Shown piece by piece: positions 54,401 to 62,107 of a DNA stretch of 64,000 nucleotides. The stretch's first letter is position 1; each line of letters starts with the position of its first letter. The position numbers and the translations under genes are program-made. Below the pieces are notes generated by a model. It worked only from the letters and a program-made list of their open reading frames with translations, was not told where the DNA came from and made no database searches. The DNA lies in assembly GCA_965655095.1 (NCBI GenBank), contig OZ296649.1, forward strand, positions 56,482,001 to 56,546,000. The letters are read 5' to 3'. This DNA comes from Haplodiscus bocki (lineage: Eukaryota).

Positions 54401-57400
54401 TCACTGATGGTTTTTTGCAGACAAGCCAATGAGAAATTAGCGAGCAAGATCCGGGAACAAAGTCGTGCAATTGTGGCTCTCACAGCCGAGAAGGACCATT
54501 TGAGTGAACAGCTGGAAAGATATCAGCGAAACTACGAGGCCGCATCCGCTGAACTGGAAGACAAGAAAATCGAAGTGGCCAAGTACAAAGAACTCCAGTC
54601 TCACTCCACTCAACAACAAGTCATGCTGGAACAGATGAAGGCCCGGTTGGCTTAACGATTTTTAAAGCTTGACTCTATTAAACTAAAATAGCGATTATTG
54701 GTATGACATTCTGAAATTGCTTCTCCAGCCAAATTTGAAGTTTTTGTATATAGTATTTGGATCTTTTCTGTTAACTCCCCCCCCCCCCCCATGCCATGAT
54801 GGATATGGGAAATAATAAGCGGCGTATTGTTTTGACTCACGCGCGAGTGAATTTTTGCCAATCAAAGACGAGTTCGCTTCTGCGTGGGGGAGGGGTGGGG
54901 GAGAGGAGTTAAATTCTGAGCTCTTACTGTGGGGGGGAGGAGGAGGGGGAGATCCTAGTATTTATACACACTAATATTTTTTATACTCAGAAAACTCGGA
55001 GACTTGCCATTCACATAAAACCAGAAACTAGTCATGAGAAAATGAAACCTGTTATGACAATTATGAGAACAAAAACTGTGGTGACGTCATCACCGACGAC
55101 CGAGAATAATTATAACCGAGATCCGAGAACGCGAATACGAGTAGCCGTTCACTTCCGTACACCGAACATGGAGGCATGATTACAAGAACTCTTTTATTAC
55201 ATAACGGACTAGAAATTTACCCGGTGTCTAGAATTGATTTACTCTTATGAATTTTCCAGTGTCATTGACAGAACTAATTGCAACTAAATAGATCGTGACT
55301 TAATAAAAGATAGTAGCAAAAACGAACCTTTTTCATTAAAGAACGTTGCGACATAGACTTTAAAAACTCATAAAAGCTATTACAATATGAATTGCTATGA
55401 TATCAACGGCTTCAGTTGGTGGGAAGAAATGCTTTATTTTCTATGATTTTTTAAAGTAACATTTTGCCAGAGGCTGTCTATTTAATTGAATCCAATAAAA
55501 AGGGTTTTCTTTTTCAAGGGTCTTTTCCGTTATTTCCCCCCAGCCCTACTGGCAAAATTATTGTTCCCCCCCCCCCAGCTGATGCTCAGCTGAGCAGTAT
55601 GGTTCAAGTTTCTGTTTCATAAAGTTATTGCAATTACCTATTTGTTAACTTTAACTAGCTTCAGCAAGCAGTTAGCTTCTTGCAAGTTACTTGAGATTTG
55701 TTAATTGTGTGCACTGTCTACTGACTCGTAAGAGACGTATTCAGTGAATACACTGGTAGGACCAGCTACAGCTTCGACTGGGTGGGGGAGAATAATCCGC
55801 CAGGGGGATAACTTAAAAGACTCCTTTTTCAAGACTCTCGTTTATTTGTAAGTTTTTTTGTGTAGCTTGGAAGATCATGAGACAGAACAAGCTGAAGAAT
55901 TGAATGAAAAATCAAACATCATCGAAGATTTGCATGCCAGGCTAAAAAGCAACGTCACAACCATACAACAACTTAACCAACAAGTTAGTAATATTAATAC
56001 CTAGTTATGACAAAAGTAGCCACTCTTGTCTCTTACGACACCTCTTCCCTAAGTTTCGTAGTAATGATCTTTATTAGCCTCTTTGTCTCACAACTTTGGA
56101 CTCTTTTTATCTGTCTGGTCTGTTTTAGTTAAACAACATGAATAAAGAGAATCTGAAACTGAAATCAGCCCTGGACAAAGAAATGTCAGACAAGAACATG
56201 CTTCAATACCAGCTGGAGACTAAACACAATGTTAGGGTTTTTTCTGCTCTTCTCAATTCCAAACAGTTTCCTTTTCCCCAACTTTCAATTACATGCTTTG
56301 TTCACATGTACATGTAGGCCGTGAGTGAATTGAGGGGTCAGTTGGATTCCTTGAAACTGAAGCAACTCTATCCTGAATCTCATCAGACATCTTCTGCACA
56401 CAACAAGTCATCCAGATCTCACAAATCACACGACAAGGTAACCCTGATTGGGAATTTTAGTGAAAATCCAATATTTTCTCCAAACCTGAACTGACCTCTG
56501 CACAAAGCTCATCGTCTGTCCTCCAGTAAACATAAGATTTTTGGAGTGATGCGACGTCTGGAACAAAAAAAAACATTTTCAAACCTCATTATTTTAATTG
56601 ATACATTTGGTCATATAGCTGAAACGAACTAAATCAAACATATCTTTAATGAGCGACTGAAAAGAAGTTTGATGAGCCACTAAAACATTGGCATACTAAC
56701 GATTACAATGTGTAGCATTTGGTCTAAAGGTTGTTGCTAAGCAAACGTAACCTTTATCAACTTTCAGATGATAAATCTTGAGTGATGTCAATTCGTTTTT
56801 AAATTTAAAAAAATCTGCTCCTTACCAAAATGTTGACTGCTTTCAACTGAAATTTTGAAACTGTTTATATTATTTCCTTAATAGATTGCGTCACCAATTG
56901 TGACAGCTTTACATAACAACAACCATCATCCGCATCACGTGAACCAACAGTTGCATAACTGTGGGAACAACTTATGTCATTCGAGCTCATCTTTTGAGCT
57001 TTATAAAGTGAGTGAACGTCTGTAAAATACTGATAAAATAAACGCATCAAAGCACAAATCTCAATTCGAATATCACCAAAACTATCAAGATTTTCCAAAA
57101 ATGTCCTCTGTAAAAATTTCGTAGAATTTTATGTAGTTCACAATCGTTTTTATCTGAAGCTTCTACGGCCCGTATTGCAAAAGTTACGAATTGTCATTTA
57201 TGGACCATTTTGGCTCAAATTGGCGGTTTTTTCATTTGCTGATCAACTTTAAAAAAGTGTTTTCCAGCAAAGTTTATTTTCAAAAAATTCCCCTTGTCAT
57301 CCTGAAGCCACTGATATGTTTGGAATCGAAAACTAAATAGAAATAGAAAAAATATCGAGCTCCGAAAATAGCGATTTTCCAATTTACATGTATTAACATA

Positions 57401-59596
57401 GGAGTTTGAAATTAGCAAATTTGAAGCTTCCATTTCTATACAAAAACTCGGCATAACTTTGTTATCAAAAATCTGGCTTCAGGATATTCAGGGGAAACTA
57501 TTTTATAACACACTCAAAATTAGGTAAAAATGCAAAATCAATAAAATTGTCTGAAGTGGAGCAATAGTATTTGCGTATTTATCTTGATTAGCCAATGAGA
57601 TTTTTCAAATTAGATATATTTTGGGTGCCTTGGTGCGTTTGATTTTATCTCTAGACCTTTTAGGTCTTTTCTCCATGATCAGCTTTAGAAACATCGGCGT
57701 GCGTTCAATAGGCAGATGAGTCAATCAACTTTCAGATGAGGTATCAACTATGCCGACTGATCTTTAAACCTATTGTTCAATGAGCCGAGTTTACGTTGTT
57801 TCTCAAATATTTTTGCTAAGCAAGCGAGATTCCGGTGCGATGAGCGAAAGCCAAGCACGCACAATGTAAAGGGTTTCGTTCAATTAACCGACCTTTCAAC
57901 CGACTATGCTATGAACGAATTTGCATTGCACGTTCTACACTTCCGCTCATCTCTCGGAAACTTTATGTAACCGAATCTAGCTTGTTCGGCCAATATTAAT
58001 CGGGAAACAATATAAATTGGGTTAATTAAGCAATCGGTTTGACGAGCAGTCGGCCAGTTGATATGTCATCGAGTGCAAATACGTTCAATACCACAGTCGG
58101 TTAATTGAGCGGTCGGCTATTTGGAAGGCATCGAAACAGAATTCCAAGAAGTGTTTCACAAAGCAGAAAACGAATGAATACTCTAATCGGATTGGCCATT
58201 GTCGCACTCGGATGAATTCTCGGCTCGGAATGAATTGCTATACTCGCAGTTTATTCTGCTTTTTGAACGGTCTGCTTATTGAATGTCTGCTTAAAACACC
58301 ACTTCCAGAAACATCATACACTTTGAATCCCATTGGAGTTCGTTTCCTTTAGATGTTCACTATCTCATTTTCTTCACTGACTTTTTGGAAGTGTTGCAGT
58401 TTTCTTACCGCGTGTTTTTCATTGTTAAAGCCATTTAAAATTTTGAGTGTTGCAGCACTGAAGCATTATTGTCAAAAATGTTTTGCAATGAAAGTTATTG
58501 AACCTGAATGCGACATATATATGTAAACGTTGAATTTTCACATAAATACTCACCTATACTATCACTTCATAGGTCTAACAACATTTCAAGGGTTTTGTTT
58601 TCAAATTTTGAAGCCATAGAGTACGCGGCATTCTCACATTGTTTAAATATATTGACGTTTTTGCTTCTTTTCTGGGCTACAAACACCTTGTTGTAGATGA
58701 CGTATCAAATAATCTGTATGTCATAGATTACTTATTTCTTAAACTTGTTCATCACGATTTCGAAAATTAGTAATAGAAATTTTATTCTTCAAAAAGAAAT
58801 TCTTTAGCTTATAGAATTGAACGGTGTGGAGACATTTCATCTCATGCAATTTCAACCCATCACAATTGAACACTTCAATTATTTTACTCCTTCGTAACAT
58901 AAATTTCACTTTTGTTTCTGAGTGTGTTGAAAGATTTCCCTATTTATTTTTTATTTTAAACGACTTTCAATTGTTCTATTTTTTGGGCGGCTTCATTTGC
59001 TTCAGAATTAGTGAAAGTTAGTAAATGTCCATGGCGTCGAACATTGAAATGGTCATAAATTTCTAGACTATCCAGTGCGTCGGAAAATCCGCACCGGTTA
59101 ACTGGTTCAGTTGCCACGCTTTGATTCGTCTAAAATTTTTTGAAGAACTGGGAATCGTTTATCTTTCGACGCAATTAATATTCGATGTCAAAAGTCCAGT
59201 CTCAATATTCTATTAATTTTTTTGTAGAGTACAATCAACAAAGAGCTGGAAAAGGCTGGAGTTGGTGATCAATCAGATTTAGACAAAAGTTATTGGATCT
59301 CCCGTGTTGGCGAGGTAAGTTTCGAGTACTCAAAATTCCGCTGAAAAACAACAAATTTTACATGTGAAGCTACAGGTTTTATGAACCGTTCGGCAAATTT
59401 ACTCCGGGGTGGGAGCTTGAAAGCTTCTTCTTAGTCTGCCGTCAGTTTTTTTGAATGTGGCAGATAAGCTACGATGTTTCAGTTATCAGTGCAGCTTCAG
59501 CAGTCGACTGATTACTGGAAGAACAAGGTGAGAGAAGTTCAAATGCAGGCGGAAGCTGACAGATACCGAGCCCAGTACGACATCATAAACAAATAG
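221..59596 (+). CDS. PMFBP1: Multi-exon gene (29 in-window exons, 5' end upstream of window) for a >1600 aa long coiled-coil protein, PMFBP1/CCDC18-like
   Basis: Manual splicing of AG/GT(GC)-bounded, E/Q/K/L-rich heptad exons gives one open frame of 4947 nt ending at TAG 59594-59596 with all intron phases compatible. The segment VNKWVQEQK-QANEKLASKIREQSRAIVALTAEKDHL...ELEDKK matches my recollection of the vertebrate PMFBP1 C-terminal ANEKLGNQLREQ...LSGEKDHL motif. The symbol means 'like'; orthology was not tested. Confidence 0.75.
383..466 (+). CDS. Exon E2 (ISATQVHFEKLKTELEELRDKYESAKYH)
   Basis: cttttttggtag acceptor, GTTAGT donor, 84 nt, phase 0-0, clear heptad pattern. Confidence 0.8.
707..1107 (-). 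mobile_element. Non-autonomous Helitron-like element carrying a (CA)n microsatellite
   Basis: Minus strand begins TC(TATAC) at 1107 and ends CTAG at 707; GTGGC...GCCAC stem near that 3' end; (CA)n at 1056-1076. Confidence 0.5.
2710..2883 (+). CDS. Candidate alternative first coding exon (MDRKNSPARK...VPYKAK), Ser/Pro/Arg-rich
   Basis: ATG at 2710 with in-frame TGA at 2695, AAG|GTAAAT donor in phase 0, compatible with E3. Confidence 0.55.
5559..5938 (-). mobile_element. Helentron-associated (HINE/DINE-1-like) non-autonomous element with internal tandem repeats and (AAAC)n
   Basis: Three copies of ACATTGATCCGGATCTCAGAT, two copies of CCCTACTCACCAAATTTCATCAAAATCC, (AAAC)n at about 5872-5894, terminal CCCGC-TTTTC-GCGGG hairpin. 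Confidence 0.55.
9065..11720 (-). mobile_element. Degenerate RTE-clade LINE (APE endonuclease and RT fragments)
   Basis: Minus-strand fragments WNVGSMSGRSAEIVEALIRRCVCVACLQDTRWKG...GFKLFYAG, DFNGDVG and VGLHDDSALSPSLF (RT VGLHQGSALSP motif); many stops and frameshifts; CGACCCC...GGGAA 3' motif near 9080-9100. Confidence 0.85.
9369..9452. repeat. (TC)n microsatellite, about 42 units
   Basis: Direct observation; it explains the SLSLSL ORFs. Confidence 0.98.
12066..12212 (+). CDS. Exon E3 (LANREESLAAL...RRLQDD)
   Basis: catttcag acceptor, GTTAGT donor, 147 nt, phase 0-0. Confidence 0.85.
12680..13393. mobile_element. TA-flanked TIR element (Tc1/mariner-type MITE), internally deleted relative of 44165-45326
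   Basis: TIRs TAGTCATGATACAAATTAATGCAA / rc CAGTCATGATTTAAATTAATGCGA, TA on both sides; body aligns with the 44.2-45.3 kb copy. Confidence 0.8.
19592..19812 (+). CDS. Exon E4 (LLRKQSELRQQE...DEWRTR)
   Basis: ttgtttag acceptor, CG|GTAACA donor, phase 0-2. Confidence 0.85.
20220..20388 (+). CDS. Exon E5 (AKRMEEKINHLE...HKTEEE)
   Basis: atttgcag acceptor, GTTAGT donor, phase 2-0. Confidence 0.88.
20807..20974 (+). CDS. Exon E6 (VCMRDELISQLK...HDSTSM)
   Basis: caatag acceptor, GTAAGT donor, 168 nt, phase 0-0. Confidence 0.85.
21316..21495 (+). CDS. Exon E7 (VEQKNHQITVLEKE...QCYNE)
   Basis: ttgtttttag acceptor, GTCAGT donor, 180 nt, phase 0-0. Confidence 0.88.
23635..23739 (+). CDS. Exon E8 (VIRQEDMINQLR...NMAEQ)
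   Basis: ttttttccag acceptor, GTAGGT donor, 105 nt, phase 0-0. Confidence 0.88.
24314..24460 (+). CDS. Exon E9 (VHKLELDLSMALE...STLEQE), GC donor
   Basis: cgcttcag acceptor, GAG|GCAAGT donor, 147 nt, phase 0-0. Confidence 0.82.
24945..25094 (+). CDS. Exon E10 (SRVKGEEGVKLQ...LQYER)
   Basis: gttttag acceptor, GTGAGT donor, 150 nt, phase 0-0. Confidence 0.85.
25585..25732 (+). CDS. Exon E11 (DENQKTIDESN...LELETM)
   Basis: ttttgtcacag acceptor, GTAAGC donor, phase 0-1. Confidence 0.88.
26050..28129. mobile_element. About 2.1 kb TA-flanked TIR DNA transposon relic
   Basis: TA|CAGTAGTGTCATAAAGAAATGCGAC ... GTCGCATTTGTTTATGACACCACTG|TA (2 mismatches in 25); no intact ORF. Confidence 0.8.
28572..28684 (+). 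CDS. Exon E12 (KKLTNEEQECYK...EQNDA)
   Basis: ttcttttcag acceptor, GTAAGT donor, phase 1-0. Confidence 0.88.
29025..29255 (+). CDS. Exon E13 (NLIANEKIKSHE...ERIKET)
   Basis: ttgttgcag acceptor, GTAAGT donor, 231 nt, phase 0-0. Confidence 0.9.
30838..31068 (+). CDS. Exon E14 (LGDRDNLIVDMK...TETTHS)
   Basis: ctaattttag acceptor, GTTAGT donor, 231 nt, phase 0-0. Confidence 0.87.
32426..32745 (+). CDS. Exon E15 (SRRHEERSKQIH...EEEDAHK)
   Basis: ttccttccag acceptor, AA|GTTAGT donor, phase 0-2. Confidence 0.88.
32855..32932 (+). pseudogene. tRNA-like relic or SINE head
   Basis: A-box-like TGGACCAGTGG, B-box-like GAGGTGCGAATACCTC, followed by a T-run; no good cloverleaf. Confidence 0.35.
33378..33552 (+). 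CDS. Exon E16 (QSSSAYDAKILSLEK...RKVEE)
   Basis: gatttcag acceptor, GTTAGT donor, phase 2-0; not in ORF track. Confidence 0.85.
33690..34485. repeat. Element with many ACCTGAG/CTCAGGT motifs in both orientations at both ends (foldback/MITE-like)
   Basis: Clusters of TACCTGAG/CTCAGGTA variants at 33695-33810 and 34260-34470. Confidence 0.5.
34646..34791 (+). CDS. Exon E17 (VNSQERQICDLEK...STKMR), probable GC donor
   Basis: actttcag acceptor; AG|GCAGGT donor gives the phase 2 needed by E18. Confidence 0.78.
35148..35366 (+). CDS. Exon E18 (FNETGQELAHCEEK...SAIGR)
   Basis: tctctgaattag acceptor, CG|GTAGAA donor, phase 2-2. Confidence 0.82.
35419..35907. mobile_element. Helentron/DINE-like non-autonomous element, member of a family dispersed in this window
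   Basis: Ends ...GGCGCCGACTGTGGCCATTCTTGACTTGTT; related ends at about 20471, 22495, 25307, 28505, 29960, 30192. Confidence 0.5.
36595..36687 (+). CDS. Candidate 93-nt cassette exon (LGSLLEAFSHSSESVHEEVAPEDTSLRENQL)
   Basis: very long polypyrimidine tract ending ctatag, CT|GTAAGA donor, stop-free, phase 2-2 matching the flanking intron phase. Confidence 0.55.
36951..37196. mobile_element. About 250 bp CATG-rich MITE
   Basis: TA|CCCGGGTG ... CACCCCGG|TA termini; interior rich in CATG/CCATGA repeats. Confidence 0.55.
37498..37615 (+). CDS. Exon E19 (LREEVAIDKQK...VRATQ)
   Basis: ctaat branch-like motif plus tttttctccaag acceptor, CAG|GTAAAA donor, phase 2-0. Confidence 0.85.
37900..42286 (+). 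mobile_element. Near full-length degenerate CR1/L2-group LINE (ORF1 plus APE-RT ORF2)
   Basis: ORF1-like EQERYSSKNCLIISNLP...PAVIVKF; endonuclease RETWL, GDFTID, TCLDYLLT, SDQY; RT FIDLKKAIDSID, LIYINVLP, IFADGT, WFTSNRLTLNASKC; 3' stem-loop GGACAGAG..GAGGT-GCAAA-ACCTC..CTCTGTCC and AAATAAATAAA tail; many frameshifts; 5' boundary approximate. Confidence 0.9.
42543..42731 (+). CDS. Exon E20 (NANLGEKIATLE...KETQNQ)
   Basis: tttttttcag acceptor, CAG|GTTACT donor, 189 nt, phase 0-0. Confidence 0.87.
42993..43160 (+). CDS. Exon E21 (LMKAENTIAHLKEE...KHIED)
   Basis: ctgttttgtag acceptor, GTTAGT donor, 168 nt, phase 0-0; not in ORF track in this frame. Confidence 0.86.
44165..45326. mobile_element. 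About 1.16 kb TIR element (Tc1/mariner-type non-autonomous)
   Basis: TA|CAGTAGTGATTTTAATTAATGCGAC ... GTCGCATTGATTAAAATCACTACTG|TG (1 mismatch in 25); homologous to 12680-13393. Confidence 0.82.
45376..45879 (+). CDS. Exon E22 (VNKYEDSITDLK...YKHEE)
   Basis: gttttacag acceptor, GAG|GTAAAT donor, 504 nt, phase 0-0. Confidence 0.92.
46183..46355 (+). CDS. Exon E23 (CNRLSSEMQVLE...NKWVQEQK)
   Basis: ttttttgcag acceptor, AA|GTGAGT donor, phase 0-2. Confidence 0.9.
46700..49400 (-). pseudogene. Possible highly eroded Polinton-like DNA polymerase relic
   Basis: Scattered minus-strand peptides (NGNLMGE, LNSFEMQY, GLYNSGGPNRLIS) in an order resembling, from memory, N-terminal/exonuclease regions of Polinton-type PolB; no intact motif. 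Confidence 0.3.
54421..54645 (+). CDS. Exon E24 (QANEKLASKIREQ...QMKAR), PMFBP1-like motif
   Basis: ttttttgcag acceptor, weak CG|GTTGGC donor, phase 2-2. Confidence 0.87.
55866..55983 (+). CDS. Exon E25 (LEDHETEQAEELNEK...QLNQQ)
   Basis: ttttgtgtag acceptor, GTTAGT donor, phase 2-0. Confidence 0.85.
56129..56230 (+). CDS. Exon E26 (LNNMNKENLKLK...ETKHN)
   Basis: ctgttttag acceptor, GTTAGG donor, 102 nt, phase 0-0. Confidence 0.82.
56318..56437 (+). CDS. Exon E27 (AVSELRGQLDSLK...KSHDK)
   Basis: catgtag acceptor, AAG|GTAACC donor, 120 nt, phase 0-0. Confidence 0.8.
59228..59314 (+). CDS. Exon E28 (STINKELEKAG...DLDKSYWISRVGE)
   Basis: tttttttgtag acceptor, GAG|GTAAGT donor, 87 nt, phase 0-0. 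Confidence 0.85.
59483..59596 (+). CDS. Terminal coding exon E29 (LSVQLQQSTDYWKNKVREVQ...IINK*)
   Basis: tgtttcag acceptor, phase 0, TAG at 59594-59596 followed by UTR-like sequence. Confidence 0.85.
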   Translation, partial: LSVQLQQSTDYWKNKVREVQMQAEADRYRAQYDIINK

Positions 59597-62107
59597 AACA
59601 CCCACTGTACTCCATCCCCGTTACATACCAATCGTGGTGTATCCTAACTTCGTTCGATGAGCCAGCCAATATTTCAGCCCAATTGAACTGCATGGATCCA
59701 AGCCTTAGATTGATTTCCTAAATTTGAACAATTTAAATTTCTATTTCTTTCACTATTAATTCCAAACTTGCCTCTGACCGCTTTGCTGAACGGAACTACC
59801 CTATTACGTCATCCTGGTACTCTAATGTATTACATCATAATATGCTTTCCATAAATGATAATTGGATGACGTCATTTACTAACTGCTGTGTCTTTTCTTT
59901 TGAAAAAGATGGATGCAATTTGTAAATATCAATGTAAATGTGTACATGGATGTTTTTGTTTTAGCGTTCTATGAAAGATGAATATCATGGATTTTTCAAT
60001 TTACTCCTTCTAGAAAGCTAAGAATTTAATAGATTTATTGACTGCTTCTACTTATTGGTACGGTAGTGTATTTTGGACTCTTGAAAACACAAATCGATAT
60101 GGCATAAACAAAAGTAACGCAAAAATCACTCTCCGTCAACAAAAATGTTTGGTTTTCAAAATTAGTCTTATCAGAATTATAAAGTTTCGAAAATTTAAAT
60201 GCGATCTCTCTTCGAGGTCGTGTTTCTCGAACCCATTGCAGAATACAAAAGTGGACAAAAATACGCGTCGATGCGTTTCCAAGAGCGGCAAAATCTCACT
60301 TCCAAATTTCGCTAACAAATGTTAGCTTTAGAAAAATCGTAGACTAACAAAGTCTACTTAGATTTTGAAGTAGTTTTTATTGGCTCTTTTTGTCAGAGAA
60401 TCGGATCTTTAGTTCAGAAAAAATGATTTTCTAAATTTTGAGCGTTGTCAACCGTTTTTGAGAATGTTCACAGAAACGTTTCGAGAGATTCCTGAAATGT
60501 CTGACAATTTTTTTCATGCATTTTGTTGATATGGATATCATCTATAACCTTCAATTTCAACAGATTTTGGAGAGAGTAACTTCAAAAAATCCCAATTTTG
60601 ACACTTGAATGATGATGTGCAATGCTGGTTTCGATCAATGTTCCACTTGTTTTCAATTCCTTACTTCAAATTTAAATTCATACCCAGAGCTGAAGAAACT
60701 GTGTAGCCTATATTGAACCCAATTATTTACAATCGAATAGTGCTTCAGAATTATTATTTTCCGTCGCAATTTATCACGAAAGGAAAATCATCAACTGATT
60801 ATGTATGTAGACCTTTTTCTCCGTCGGTTTGCCAGTTCTAGCTGTGTCATGCATCAACTGCGTCAATTCAACTGACGTCCTACCACATTTTAGTGTAAAA
60901 ATTATTCACAGGAGGCGGGCGTCGGACAAAATTTGTTACAACCGTAACTTGGTTTTTTCCAGGTTTCAAAATAACGGAAACATCGCAGCCGGAACATTTT
61001 TGACAAATCCTTAAACCTTTTTGTGCAAGAATGCCGGAGGCAGTATGAGTTTTATCGTTGAACAGTCATATTCCTACGAAACGACCAGCTTGATTTTTTT
61101 CTTTTTCAAAGCCTCAATTGACATTTCTCCGTTTTGAAGGGTCATCAACCCACAAAAAAACTGGTTTTGATCATTCCAATGGAATCCTAACAAACGGGAA
61201 GAGCCATTACTTGCCATCAGCATTGCCTTTTCTTGTTTTTCAAACTCAAGTATTTCCGCAACTAACGGCTTGGTTGCTCCTGTCATGAAATTATTCAACA
61301 CATTTCCACTTTCAGAATGTCATTGGAAACAAAAATCTGGGAATTTTCCATTGAATCGGAAATTGTAGCGACTGATAATGCTAAAAATTTCCTTCAGTAA
61401 TTATTTTTCTCGATGTTGGAAGTCACTCTTGTCCAGAACAATCAGCTTGATTTTTTTATTCAATGTCTAAAACGAAATTTGTTCACTCGTAGAAAGACAT
61501 TTGAGACCTAGCCATTTGTTTTTTTTTCTTGAATCGGAATTCAGTTGGACAAAAAGTGTGAAAAAAGTCCACTAGTAATAAATTTCATTTTTCAGACTCC
61601 TTTCTTACTAGTTCGATTTTTCAGCGCAAACATTTGCTCTGGTGTACTTTTTTGAATTGAAACATTTGTAGGCCGAAATAATCAAAAAAGCAGTCTTTGA
61701 GGATTTTGCATCTGTTCAAATTGAATAATATCAAGTCAAACTAGGTGGATTTTTCCCACAAAAAATCATCGAAACGACAGTTGCTAGTTTGCTAACATAT
61801 TGATCCTAATGGTAATGAAAATTTTTGCTGGATCGGAACCATGATAAGCTGAAAAAGCCAATTTTGCAGTCCACAAGATAATTGATGTTTGTTGACATTC
61901 AACGTCAATTTGATTTCTTTCAGCGCGGCCTCATCTTTTGGTTGGCTTCCACTCACAGTCTATTCTGCGCTAAAATCTCACTTTTTGTTATTTGAATGGG
62001 AATTTCCATAGGCCAATGAGCCCAAAAGGTGCCCGCAGTTGTAAGTTCTTTAATTGTTCAAACTCGTTTTTCTCAGAACTACCAGCTAAAAATCTTCTAT
62101 CAACATT

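Noticed and set aside
57700-58240. Recurring TTAATT(A/G)AGC..TCGG and TCAACTTTCAGATGA motifs
   Set aside because: Probably an old MITE, but I could not define its termini.
59597-60100. Polyadenylation signal of the main gene
   Set aside because: No canonical AATAAA seen in this interval, so the 3' end was not called.
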